From: Polyangiaceae bacterium
GTDB taxonomy: Bacteria; Myxococcota_A; Polyangia; Polyangiales; Polyangiaceae
Direction: 5' to 3'
DNA length: 64,000 nt
NCBI GenBank assembly: GCA_044376115.1
Contig: JBILLK010000006.1
Location: 160,001-224,000 of the forward strand
Shown here: positions 20,635 through 30,072 of the stretch, piece after piece
Position numbering within the stretch: position 1 is the first letter of the stretch
Layout: each line of letters starts with the position of its first letter
Notes under the pieces: model-generated
What the model was told of the DNA's origin: nothing
Database searches by the model: none
The model's input: only the letters and a program-made list of their open reading frames with translations
Translations under genes and position numbers: made by a program

Positions 20635-21515
20635 TGTCTGCTCATCCCAAGAATGAGCGTCGAGAGGTTCCGGAGGCCGAATCACCGGTTCCGGCTCCTG
20701 TCGTCGGCAAGAGCGTTGCTCCCAAGAAGGGCGCGGCGTCTACTCCGCGCAGCCGCACGCTCAACAAGATCGGTGGAATCGCCAAGTTCGTGTTTGGCGC
20801 GCTGATCGTCGTTGGCTGTTCGCTGCTCGTCGCTTGGGGAGCACAGCGCTACATGACGCACAGCCCGCGCTTCGCCATTTCGGAGATCAGCGTCTCTGGC
20901 AATGTGCGACTGACCACCGACGCTGTCGCGGTGCTTGGCGGTGTTGAACACGGCGCCAACGTCTTCTCCATCGATCTCGAGGCGGCTCGGCGCAAGATTG
21001 AGGAAGACCCTTGGGTCAGCTCGGCCACCGTTACGCGCAAGTTGCCTGGAAGTGTGATCATCGCGGTCGAGGAGTACGAGGCGCGCGCGTTGGTCGCTCT
21101 GGACGGCAAGTTGTTTTTGGCTGCTTCCGGTGGAGAGATCTTCAAGGAAGCAACGCCGGAGGATCCGATGGACCTGCCGGTGATCACGGGCATCAGCAAC
21201 AAGGACGTGGCCACCGACCGCAGCTGGGTAACCAAGTCGGTTTCAGGGGCGCTCGACCTCTTGGAGGAGCTCGAGACCCAAGCGTTCGCCAAACGCTACC
21301 CGGTGCAGGAACTGCACCTCGAGCGCGACGGTACGATGGAGGTGCTGCTCGGACAGAACGGCATCGCCTTGCACCTGGGGGCTCCGCCTTACCGCGGCAA
21401 GCTGGAGCAGGCTGAGCGTGTTTTTGCGGAGCTTTCCCAGCGAAAGACCGAGCCTTCAATCGTGTTTTTGGACAATGAGGCCAGCCCCGAGCGGGTGGTC
21501 ATCCGCATGCGTTAA
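20634..21515 (+). CDS. ftsQ: Cell division protein FtsQ/DivIB
   Basis: TM helix followed by a POTRA domain (PWVSSATVTRKLPG); lies just before ftsA. Confidence 0.9.
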   Translation: MSAHPKNERREVPEAESPVPAPVVGKSVAPKKGAASTPRSRTLNKIGGIAKFVFGALIVVGCSLLVAWGAQRYMTHSPRFAISEISVSGNVRLTTDAVAVLGGVEHGANVFSIDLEAARRKIEEDPWVSSATVTRKLPGSVIIAVEEYEARALVALDGKLFLAASGGEIFKEATPEDPMDLPVITGISNKDVATDRSWVTKSVSGALDLLEELETQAFAKRYPVQELHLERDGTMEVLLGQNGIALHLGAPPYRGKLEQAERVFAELSQRKTEPSIVFLDNEASPERVVIRMR

Positions 21516-21679
21516 TAGAGGATCTTCAATAAATTTGTCCCAACGCTTCCGCTTCTGGCAGCGTCCGGCCCGTTCAGCCCCGATTGGTTGAATCAATCGC
21601 AAGAACCAATCGGAAATGATCAACGACTCAACTGCTTGAAGTGGGTCATTCGCTTCAACCTGATCTCGATGAGAACCCC

Positions 21680-22984
21680 GTGAAGAACCGTGTGGACGAA
21701 CCGGAGATTGTCGTCGGACTCGACATCGGCACAACCAAGATTTGTGCGGTGGTGGGTGAGGTCGACTCCGAAGGCGTGACGATCCTTGGGGTCGGCAATG
21801 TCCCGTGCCGAGGTCTTCGAAAGGGCGTTGTCTCGAACATCGAGTGGACCGTTCGTTCCATATCGGATGCGATCGAGAGCGCACAGACGATGGCGGGCGT
21901 CGAGATTCGCACGGTGTATGCTTCGGTCGGGGGTAGCCACATTCGTTCGATCCCGTCCGACGGCGTTGCGGCCGTTGGCGGCGGTGAGGTTTCACGGGTC
22001 GACGTCGAGCGCGTGCTCGAGGGCGCGCGCGCCATTCCGGTCGACGCAGACCGCCAAATTCTTCACGCCCTGCCGCGCGAGTTCATGGTCGACAACCAGG
22101 ACGGTATCCGTGATCCGGTTGGGATGAGCGGAGTGCGGCTGGGCGTTCGGGTCAACCTGATCACCGCCGCTACCAGCTGCGTGCAGAACGTCATTCGCTG
22201 CGCAGAGCGCTGCAATCTTACGGTCGCCGATGTGGTGCTCGGCTCTTTGGCCAGCGCCGAAGCTGCCGTCTCCGAGGACGAAAAAGAGATCGGCGTGGCC
22301 GTGATCGACATGGGTGGCGGGACCACGGACCTGCTCCTGTTCGTCGACGGCGGCATCGCCCACACCAGCGTCATCCCGGCGGGTGGCATGAACGTGACGG
22401 CCGACATCGCGGCGGGTTTGCGCACGCCGATGGGCGAGGCCGAGCGTTTGAAGCGGAACTTCGGTTGCGCGCTTGGTCGCATGGTCGCCGAGGACGACGA
22501 GATCGAGGTCCCGGGAGTCGGTGGGCACATGCCGCGCAAAGTCGCTCGGCGGGTGCTCTCGGACATCATCGAACCGCGCGTGGAGGAGATCTTCGCCGTG
22601 GTGCGTAAGCGCATCGAGGATAGCGGCCTGCTCGAGCAGCTCTCGGCGGGCGTGGTGCTCACCGGCGGTGGCGTGCTGCTCGAGGGCATGACCGAGTTCG
22701 CCGAGGAGATCCTCGGAATGCCGGTGCGGCTGGCCACGCCAGTGGGCGTGCGCGGCATCAGTCAGCTCGTCGCAGGTCCACAATTTGCCGCTGGTGTTGG
22801 ACTCGTACAGTTCGGCGCGAAGGCACTGTTTGCCGCGCGAAGTGACGAGGGATCTGCACCTGAACCGGCGCGAGTTCAACGAATTCAACGACCTCTGGCT
22901 ACGGCCTCTGTGGAGGAGACACTCGAGGTTGTTCAGGCAAAGAAAAATGGTCGTTTTTGGAATTGGCTGAGAGCAGCTTTTTAG
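21680..22984 (+). CDS. ftsA: Cell division protein FtsA
   Basis: Motifs VVGLDIGTTKI, IDMGGGTTD, AERLK and VLTGGG. The exact start is uncertain (21641, 21680 or 21692). Confidence 0.96.
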   Translation: MKNRVDEPEIVVGLDIGTTKICAVVGEVDSEGVTILGVGNVPCRGLRKGVVSNIEWTVRSISDAIESAQTMAGVEIRTVYASVGGSHIRSIPSDGVAAVGGGEVSRVDVERVLEGARAIPVDADRQILHALPREFMVDNQDGIRDPVGMSGVRLGVRVNLITAATSCVQNVIRCAERCNLTVADVVLGSLASAEAAVSEDEKEIGVAVIDMGGGTTDLLLFVDGGIAHTSVIPAGGMNVTADIAAGLRTPMGEAERLKRNFGCALGRMVAEDDEIEVPGVGGHMPRKVARRVLSDIIEPRVEEIFAVVRKRIEDSGLLEQLSAGVVLTGGGVLLEGMTEFAEEILGMPVRLATPVGVRGISQLVAGPQFAAGVGLVQFGAKALFAARSDEGSAPEPARVQRIQRPLATASVEETLEVVQAKKNGRFWNWLRAAF

Positions 22985-23128
22985 CGATGATGCCCCCTAA
23001 TTCGGGGCCGTGACTTCACAAGTTCATTTGATTGAAGGCTCGCGTTGTTCGAATTGTTTTCTTCGTTTGAATTGCTCTCAAACGAAAATCGGATGCGCGG
23101 CTGAGATGCAGGTTTTCCGGAGGATGCG

Positions 23129-24535
23129 ATGAGTTTCTCGATTGAGTTCGCAGACGATCACGGCGGCTACGATGCGCGAATCAAAGTGATTGGTTGTGGT
23201 GGGTCTGGCGGCAACGCCGTGAACACCATGATCAACTTCGGCCTCGAGGGAGTGGAGTTCATCGTCGTCAACACCGACGCTCAGGCGCTCGCCGCGAGCC
23301 TCGCCCCCAACAAGATCCACATTGGATCGAACGTCACGCGCGGCCTGGGTGCCGGCGCCGATCCGGAGAAGGGTCGCAAAGCCGCTCTCGAGGACGTGCA
23401 ACGTCTGAAGGAGACGATCGAGTCGGCGGACATGGTGTTCGTGACGGCGGGTATGGGCGGCGGCACCGGCACCGGAGCTGCACCTGTGATCGCTCAGCTC
23501 GCTCGCGAGGCCGGCTGCCTCACGGTGGGTGTGGTCACCAAGCCCTTCTTGTTCGAAGGCAAGCAGCGCTCGCGTCGCGCTGAGCTCGGCTTGGCAATGC
23601 TGGCCGACCACGTGGACACGTTGGTCACCATCCCGAATCAGAAGTTGCTTTCGCTCGGCGACGAGGAACTCAGCTTCGTCGAGGCCTTCCGTAAAGCTGA
23701 CGAGGTGCTGTTCCAAGCCATCAAGGGCATCAGCGATCTCATCACGCAATCCGGCCTCGTCAATGTGGACTTCGCCGACGTGAAGACCGTGATGAGCAAC
23801 ATGGGCCGTGCCTTGATGGGCACCGGCTGCGCCAAGGGTCAGGGCCGCGCGCGGCTCGCAGCAGAGACGGCGGTCAACTCGCCGCTCCTCGACGAGATCT
23901 CGGTCGAGGGCGCGACGGGCGTGCTGATCAACATCGTCGGCGGTCCCGACATGAAGATGAAGGAGATCGAGGAGGCGGCGAGCTTCATTCAGGAGCAAGC
24001 GCACGAGGACGCCAACATCATCTTCGGCGCTGCCGTGGACGAGAACATGGGCGACATGATGAAGGTGACCGTGATCGCCACGGGCTTCGATCGTTCGCTG
24101 GAAGACGCGATTCCCCAAGCGCAGGCCATCCGTACGGCACCTGGCATGGGCAGCTCGCTCGGCGCCGGATCGATGGGCTCGGCGATGGGCATGAACTCGC
24201 CCTTCTCGCACGTGGCTAACCACCACGCTCAAGCTTCCCATGCGCACGCTCAGGCGATGCACGCGCAGGCGATGCACGCGCAGGCTGTTCAGGCCGAGCG
24301 TGCCTCCGAGCGCGCTCCGGCGCGCGGTGCACAGCGGGTGGAGGAGCCGATGCCGGCGACGATGGCTCGCGGTATGCGACCCACGCTGCCGTCGGAGGAC
24401 CTCGGTGTTGCTCCTTCGCGTCGGGCTCCGGCACGCGAGCTCTCGAGCAGCGCGAGCGTTCGTGACCGCGCCAGCTTCGTGCCGCCGCTCGACGCAGATT
24501 GGGACACCCCGACGTTCCAACGCCGCGGTCAGTGA
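23129..24535 (+). CDS. ftsZ: Cell division protein FtsZ
   Basis: GGGTGTG tubulin signature, NVDFADV, and C-terminal peptide WDTPTFQRR. Confidence 0.98.
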   Translation: MSFSIEFADDHGGYDARIKVIGCGGSGGNAVNTMINFGLEGVEFIVVNTDAQALAASLAPNKIHIGSNVTRGLGAGADPEKGRKAALEDVQRLKETIESADMVFVTAGMGGGTGTGAAPVIAQLAREAGCLTVGVVTKPFLFEGKQRSRRAELGLAMLADHVDTLVTIPNQKLLSLGDEELSFVEAFRKADEVLFQAIKGISDLITQSGLVNVDFADVKTVMSNMGRALMGTGCAKGQGRARLAAETAVNSPLLDEISVEGATGVLINIVGGPDMKMKEIEEAASFIQEQAHEDANIIFGAAVDENMGDMMKVTVIATGFDRSLEDAIPQAQAIRTAPGMGSSLGAGSMGSAMGMNSPFSHVANHHAQASHAHAQAMHAQAMHAQAVQAERASERAPARGAQRVEEPMPATMARGMRPTLPSEDLGVAPSRRAPARELSSSASVRDRASFVPPLDADWDTPTFQRRGQ

Positions 24536-24586
24536 CAGGTCGATGACATCGGTGCCGGTTCAGCTCGAACTGGCCGACGCACAAAG

Positions 24587-24617
24587 CCTCGCAACCCAGT
24601 GGTTGCGAGGTTTTTTT
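24587..24617 (+). terminator. Rho-independent terminator of the dcw operon
   Basis: Perfect 10-bp stem CCTCGCAACC-cagt-GGTTGCGAGG followed by T7. Confidence 0.92.
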
Positions 24618-24627
24618 ATGGCTGCGG

Positions 24628-24655
24628 TTGACACTGCCGCGCGACGACTTATGGT
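24628..24655 (+). promoter_or_regulatory. Putative sigma70 promoter of dnaJ
   Basis: TTGACA-N16-TATGGT immediately after the terminator. Confidence 0.55.
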
Positions 24656-24718
24656 CCGCCGCCCTGTGTGCCCTAGCAATGTTGGCCGTACCTTCGTCTT
24701 TTGCCAAGCGTGCTGGCT

Positions 24719-25798
24719 ATGAGTGACAAGCGAGACTTTTACGAGGTACTTGGGGTCGGTAAGCAGGCCGGAGCTGACGACATCCGCAAGGCGTACCGCC
24801 AGTGCGCGTTGAAGTTTCACCCGGATCGCAACCCAGGGGACGCGACGGCTGAGGCCAAGTTCAAAGAGGCCACGGAAGCCTTCCAGATCCTCAGCGACGA
24901 CGACAAGCGCGCCAAGTATGACCGCTTCGGGCATGCCGCCTTCGAGGGCGGTGGCGGCGCGGATCCAGGCGCAGACATCTTCAGCCACTTCCAAGATATC
25001 TTCTCGGAGTTCTTTGGCGGTGGTGGCCCTCGTCGCGGTGGAGGGAGGCGTTCGGGTGGTCCCCAACGTGGCTCCGATGTCCGCGTGCACCAACGGCTCT
25101 CGCTCAAAGAGTCGATGACGGGGTGCAAACGTGAGGTCGCGCTGCGGACGCCCGTTCCGTGCGAGACCTGTGAGGGCTCGGGGGCGAAGCCGGGCACCAA
25201 GCGCAAGACGTGTGGCGCCTGTGGCGGTGCCGGCCAAGTCTCGACGTCGCGTGGCTTTGTCATGTTCACGCAGACATGCCCTGAGTGCCAGGGTGAGGGC
25301 TCGGTGGTCAAGAGCGCTTGTGATGCGTGTCACGGCGCCGGGCAGGTGGAGAAGCAGCGCAAGGTCGTGGTCACCTTCCCGGCCGGGATCGATAGCGGTC
25401 AACGTCTGCGCGTGCCGAATCAAGGGATCCCTGGGACGTCGGGCGCGCCGTCGGGCGATTTGTTCGTGGACGTGGAGGTGCTCCCAGAGCCCGGCTTCGA
25501 ACGTGATGGCTTGGACCTCGTGACCAAGCTGACGTTGACCATCGCTGAGGCCGCTTTGGGCGTCACGCGTGAGGTCCCTCTGCCGGACGAGACCAGCGTA
25601 CCTGTCGACTTCCCCAAGGGCACGCAACCCGGTGAGGTGGTTACCACGCGCAACCGCGGCATCCCGCGGATAGACGGTCGTGGCAAAGGCAATCTGCACG
25701 TGATCGCTCAAGTCGGTATTCCGAAGACGCTCTCGGCCAAGGCCGAGGAGCTCTTGCGTGCACTCGACGCAGAGCTACGCGAGAGCGCCGAGGGCTGA
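24719..25798 (+). CDS. dnaJ: Chaperone DnaJ
   Basis: J-domain HPD, G/F-rich region and four CxxCxGxG repeats. Confidence 0.96.
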   Translation: MSDKRDFYEVLGVGKQAGADDIRKAYRQCALKFHPDRNPGDATAEAKFKEATEAFQILSDDDKRAKYDRFGHAAFEGGGGADPGADIFSHFQDIFSEFFGGGGPRRGGGRRSGGPQRGSDVRVHQRLSLKESMTGCKREVALRTPVPCETCEGSGAKPGTKRKTCGACGGAGQVSTSRGFVMFTQTCPECQGEGSVVKSACDACHGAGQVEKQRKVVVTFPAGIDSGQRLRVPNQGIPGTSGAPSGDLFVDVEVLPEPGFERDGLDLVTKLTLTIAEAALGVTREVPLPDETSVPVDFPKGTQPGEVVTTRNRGIPRIDGRGKGNLHVIAQVGIPKTLSAKAEELLRALDAELRESAEG

Positions 25799-25843
25799 GC
25801 CGAGGGCTGCGCCCAGGCCAGCACCTCACCCCGTTCGCACGTG

Positions 25844-27046
25844 CTATCCGACGAAGTAACGGCCAATCGCGAGCAGCATCAGCAGCGCTTGTGACATCAG
25901 CCCCAACATTGACCAAGCCGCCAGCAGGCGAAGATGTTCTGGTCGTCGACGGAAGAACTCTCCGGCGACGAGATAGATGGGCAACACGCACAGCGCATAA
26001 CGGTGAACGGAGACCACGTTGCCGTTGAGCGTGAACATGATGCACGCCGCCAGGCACATCGCGCCGAGCGGGATGAAGACGCCACGCAGCCGCAGCGCGA
26101 ACAGCCCCGTCAACGCAATCGTGACCAGGCTGAGCGCCGGAAGGGCTCCGGAGGTAAGCTGCTCGCGCGGCAGAGCGCAGCTCTCGTCCACTGCGATCAA
26201 GCAGCGGTAGGCGTCTCCCAGGCCTGTGCCGATGGTTTGGAAGATGTTCAGGTTGCGCTGGTGCCAGGGCCAATAGCCCTTCGCGTAGACCGTGAACATG
26301 TAGAAGAAGTCGTCGCGCTGCGACCGCATCCACAAGCCAAAGGCCACGAAACCGGCCGGCGTTGCGAACAGCCAGCGCGCCTCTCGATGTTTGAACGCGA
26401 GCCCAATCCGCCAGTCGTTGGCGCGCCAGAACTCGAGCGTGATCAGCCCCAAGAAAAGCAGGAACGGTAGTCGGGCAAGGCCGAGCAGCGCGATCAACAA
26501 GAACGCGTTGCGGAACTTGCGCTGCAGCGCGAATTCGTATGCCCAGAAGCCGATCGCCGCATACGTGGCCTCGGAGTAGAACAGGTGAAAGTAGTAGGCC
26601 GTCGGCGCCGTCATCATCATGATCAGCGGCCACAGCCGGGCCTGCGCTCCGAGGATGTGCTCGGCGATGCGCAGGAGCGCCATCATCGTGAGCCAGAGCA
26701 TCAGCGTATTGACCAACAGCCCGACCCAGAGCGCGCTGACCTGATTGAGCGTGAGCGCTCCGACCAACCGGACCAGCAACGGAAACAGCGGCCAGAATGC
26801 GCCAGACGCGTCCGACGAGCCCGGCCCATAAAAGAACTGCGTGATGTTGAGGTAGTGAACGGCATCCCAGATCGCCGTATGCGAAAGCAGGCTCACCTCG
26901 TAGCCAGGGGGGACGCGGCGGCTTAGCTCGGGCACCAACAGCGTCTGGATCGTCAGGCCGATCAAGGTCATCAGCGCTTGCCACACCACAGCCCCGAGCA
27001 GGGTCTGACCCCACAGCGAGTCGAGGAAGATCTTGAGTTTCTTCAT
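25844..27046 (-). CDS. GT-C fold mannosyltransferase, PIG-V-like
   Basis: Motifs WDAVHY, AFWPLFPLL and YSEA, with many TM helices. Confidence 0.7.
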   Translation of the reverse strand: MKKLKIFLDSLWGQTLLGAVVWQALMTLIGLTIQTLLVPELSRRVPPGYEVSLLSHTAIWDAVHYLNITQFFYGPGSSDASGAFWPLFPLLVRLVGALTLNQVSALWVGLLVNTLMLWLTMMALLRIAEHILGAQARLWPLIMMMTAPTAYYFHLFYSEATYAAIGFWAYEFALQRKFRNAFLLIALLGLARLPFLLFLGLITLEFWRANDWRIGLAFKHREARWLFATPAGFVAFGLWMRSQRDDFFYMFTVYAKGYWPWHQRNLNIFQTIGTGLGDAYRCLIAVDESCALPREQLTSGALPALSLVTIALTGLFALRLRGVFIPLGAMCLAACIMFTLNGNVVSVHRYALCVLPIYLVAGEFFRRRPEHLRLLAAWSMLGLMSQALLMLLAIGRYFVG

Positions 27047-27184
27047 GGTCAGCGCGCGCCGTCAGCAACGATAGGGGTCGCCGATGCTACACGCACCGAT
27101 GCTGCGCAATCGCCAAAGCATCGGCACTCCATCGGGTTGATGAAAGCGATTCAAGCAGAGAGGCGCTCAAGTACACTGGCCCGC

Positions 27185-27937
27185 ATGCATGGTGTAGAGC
27201 TGGTGCGCGCAGTGATTGAGCGGCTGGAGCAGTCGGGGATGGACTTCATCAACCATCCGAGCGCGCCGCAGCCGCTGCCAGCCGAGGTGTTGCGTGACCT
27301 TCGCCTGCCGAACGGTGAGCCGCTTTCTCCCTCGCTTGCGTGCTTTCTCGCCTTTGATGCGGGGTTCTTGAGCCTCCTGCGCGAGGACACTCCACCCACC
27401 TTCAAGGCCGCGAGCATCGGCGAATTGGCTCGCACTGTGTATGGGGATCATCCGTCCGCCGCGAAGTTCGCCGTGCTTGAAAAGACGCTGCCCGGCCTTT
27501 GCTTGCTGTTGCCGATGGGGAAGGAGTCCAAGCGCATTTTGTATTTGGGCCAGCCGGACTCGGTTGGTGAATTCCCGGTGTTGGTGCTCGATCCGGAGGA
27601 CCCGCCGTTCGTATGCGTCGAGTACCCGGGGATCGACGTTTTTCTAGCGGACCGCGCTCGCTTCCTACCGCAGCGTTCGCGCGAGTTCGGCGGTTTGGGC
27701 TCCGACGAAGTGTACGGGCCCCGCATGCAAGAGCACCGCGACAAGTTGTTCGGCGGCCTCCCTTCGCTGCGTTACGGGGACGACGGTTTTGCGCCGTTGA
27801 TCGAGTCGGATCTCGATGTTTCGGCTACGCGTATGCTCGGTCCGGGCGAGCCGATCCCCGAGGGCTATCGGCTCGTTGAAGAGGTCGAGAACCCGATGTT
27901 CGGTATGACGATGCGCTTGGTCGCGCCAATCAAGTGA
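27185..27937 (+). CDS. Hypothetical protein (possible SMI1/KNR4-like fold)
   Basis: Coherent 250-aa ORF with typical codon use. LPNGEPLSPSLACFL and GEFPVLVLD loosely resemble SUKH motifs. Confidence 0.5.
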   Translation: MHGVELVRAVIERLEQSGMDFINHPSAPQPLPAEVLRDLRLPNGEPLSPSLACFLAFDAGFLSLLREDTPPTFKAASIGELARTVYGDHPSAAKFAVLEKTLPGLCLLLPMGKESKRILYLGQPDSVGEFPVLVLDPEDPPFVCVEYPGIDVFLADRARFLPQRSREFGGLGSDEVYGPRMQEHRDKLFGGLPSLRYGDDGFAPLIESDLDVSATRMLGPGEPIPEGYRLVEEVENPMFGMTMRLVAPIK

Positions 27938-27958
27938 CGGGCGAAGCAAGGGCGCGAA

Positions 27959-29113
27959 CTAACGTTCGAGCCCAATGAACGCGCCGGCGCAGGCCAGCGC
28001 AAAGGCGGGCGGGGCGACCGCCAGGCCGAACACGACTGCAACCGGTGTAGCCAGCCCGATCAGCACGAGAATCGCGAGGATGGCGATGCTCGAGGCCAAC
28101 GCAGGCTCGAGCACGCTGCGCGCCGCCGACGCCTTGGCTACCAAGAAGCCGGAGAGCGGAAAAGCCAGCAGCGTCGCAACGCCCAGCAGGATCAGCGGGG
28201 GCAGTGCGGTCTCAAACCGATCGCTGCTATCGATGGTCGAAAAATCGATCCCGCCACGTTGTCCCATCACGATGGAGGCGGCGATGGAACTCACGAGGAC
28301 CCCTGTCGTAACCAGCGCGCCGAAAGCGATCCACCGCAGGTGCAGAGGGCGCTCTGGCTTGCGCAGCAGCACCTGCTCCAACTCCTCGAGCGAGGGCGTG
28401 CGGAGGGGTAGGAATCGAGACAGGCGCTTCTTGGGCACCCGTTCGGAGAGTCGAAGCAGGTCGCGCCGAGCGATCAGCGAGGCGATCACCGACGAGACCA
28501 AGAGCGGTGCGACGGCGGAAAGCGCGAGCCGACCCCGTTCGAAAATCAGGTGACCCGCGATACCACCGAAGACCACCGCTAGCGTGAACGCCCTGGTGAA
28601 GGCACGTCCACCCAGCCTTCGTCTCCGCTCGCGGCCGATGGCGTACCCCCAGAGCACCGAAAGGCTCACGTGGCCAGCTACGTGAGCGAGCACCCCGAGC
28701 ACGAGCCACTCCGAAACGGCTACGCCTTGCGCTCGCAACGCAGCATCAAGCAGGGTGAAGCCAAGCGAAGCCCCGGCGCTGATTCGCATGGCGTCGTACG
28801 GGCGAGAAAGCCGCTTCGAGCGCAGCGGGATCACGACCGCTAACGCACGCGCGCTCTCCTCCAGGGGCGACCGCACCAGCAGTTCGAACGCCGTACTCAC
28901 GACGTCGGGTGCTCGTTCCGCGGCGATGCCCAGCTGAGACTCGGCGATCGCCAGGACCACACTGCTTACGACGCACAATCCGAAGCCGCTCAGAAACGCC
29001 ACGAGGCCTGGTGCGAACCAACGGAACTGACGCGCGCTCGTTCGCTCCCACACGGGAGCGAACAACGCGAGAGGCAGCACGAGCAGTGCCGTGGTCAAGA
29101 GACCGGGGTTCAC
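27959..29113 (-). CDS. PrsW-like intramembrane protein with degenerate motifs
   Basis: Multi-TM protein with PLEESAR (for EExxK), GASLGF and GHVSLSVLWGY. Confidence 0.6.
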   Translation of the reverse strand: MNPGLLTTALLVLPLALFAPVWERTSARQFRWFAPGLVAFLSGFGLCVVSSVVLAIAESQLGIAAERAPDVVSTAFELLVRSPLEESARALAVVIPLRSKRLSRPYDAMRISAGASLGFTLLDAALRAQGVAVSEWLVLGVLAHVAGHVSLSVLWGYAIGRERRRRLGGRAFTRAFTLAVVFGGIAGHLIFERGRLALSAVAPLLVSSVIASLIARRDLLRLSERVPKKRLSRFLPLRTPSLEELEQVLLRKPERPLHLRWIAFGALVTTGVLVSSIAASIVMGQRGGIDFSTIDSSDRFETALPPLILLGVATLLAFPLSGFLVAKASAARSVLEPALASSIAILAILVLIGLATPVAVVFGLAVAPPAFALACAGAFIGLER

Positions 29114-29131
29114 GCGCTTGCTCGGGCGGTC

Positions 29132-30025
29132 TCAGAAGTGCAGACCAATGGTTCCTTGCAATGCCAGCGCAGCGCCGTAGCCAGAGCCCTCGAGAGCGAG
29201 CGCTTGCTCTTGTGCCGCCGGGAGATCCCCGATGTCAGGGTCCGCTTGAATCTCGGCGATCTTGGCTGGATCGAGCTCGGGCCTGGTGAGGCCCATGAAG
29301 TCGAAGCTGGCGTGAAACCCCAGGGCGATAACGCTTGCCGGGTAGAAGTCGAGGCCGGCGCCTGCGCGCGCGTAGAAGCCGCGAATGTTGATCGCGTCGG
29401 CGACGACCCCGTCGAAGTTGCCCAGCGATGCGTAGCCAGCTCCGAGGTCGAAGCGAGGTTCGAAGATACCGAGCGGAATCTTGAAGCCTACTTCGCCTCC
29501 GATCGTGCCGACCTGCCAGGCGTCCAAGAACGCCATCCGCGCACGCGCGCCGAGCGTGAGAAAGACGATCTGTGCACCGATGCCCGCTGAAATGGCGCCA
29601 CCGCTGGCTTCGGTCTCCACCAGCCCGACCGCGAAGTTGGTCTCGTCCACGTTGAAGGTCTGCAGGCCGAGATGTTCAAATCCGCCCTGTGCCTCGAGCC
29701 AAAACCACGAAAGACCGCGGCCCGAGTCCTCGTCCTTGTCGTTGGGGGCCTCTTCAACCAGCGTGGCGCTGGGCGGCGATTGCGGCGTGCCGTTCGCGAG
29801 CGGGGCTGGGGGCTTCAGCCCTCCAGCCTGCATGTCACCCCACGGGCTGATCCCGGTGGCTGGCGGCGTGGTAGCGCCCGGCGTGGTCGGCGGGCTCGCC
29901 GGATCGACGGGCGGCGGCGGTTGTTGGCCGCTCGTTTGAGCGTTGGCGGAGTGGGTAAGGCAAAGCGTGAAGCCGAGCGCTACCCCTGCTGCGAGGTACC
30001 CTCGGAATCGAAGACGATTCCACAT
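29132..30025 (-). CDS. Secreted / outer-membrane beta-barrel-like hypothetical protein
   Basis: Signal peptide (ANA-Q), Pro-rich linker, alternating beta strands and C-terminal Phe (IGLHF). Confidence 0.6.
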   Translation of the reverse strand: MWNRLRFRGYLAAGVALGFTLCLTHSANAQTSGQQPPPPVDPASPPTTPGATTPPATGISPWGDMQAGGLKPPAPLANGTPQSPPSATLVEEAPNDKDEDSGRGLSWFWLEAQGGFEHLGLQTFNVDETNFAVGLVETEASGGAISAGIGAQIVFLTLGARARMAFLDAWQVGTIGGEVGFKIPLGIFEPRFDLGAGYASLGNFDGVVADAINIRGFYARAGAGLDFYPASVIALGFHASFDFMGLTRPELDPAKIAEIQADPDIGDLPAAQEQALALEGSGYGAALALQGTIGLHF

Positions 30026-30072
30026 GAAGCGTAGGCTAGTACATGTGAGGCTGAACGTCCGGAACTCCGCCC

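Noticed and set aside
23078..24520. Long antisense ORFs (for example 23078-24520, 51528-53129, 15861-17063, 24560-25711)
   Set aside because: They are shadows of well-supported genes on the opposite strand, as expected in high-GC DNA.
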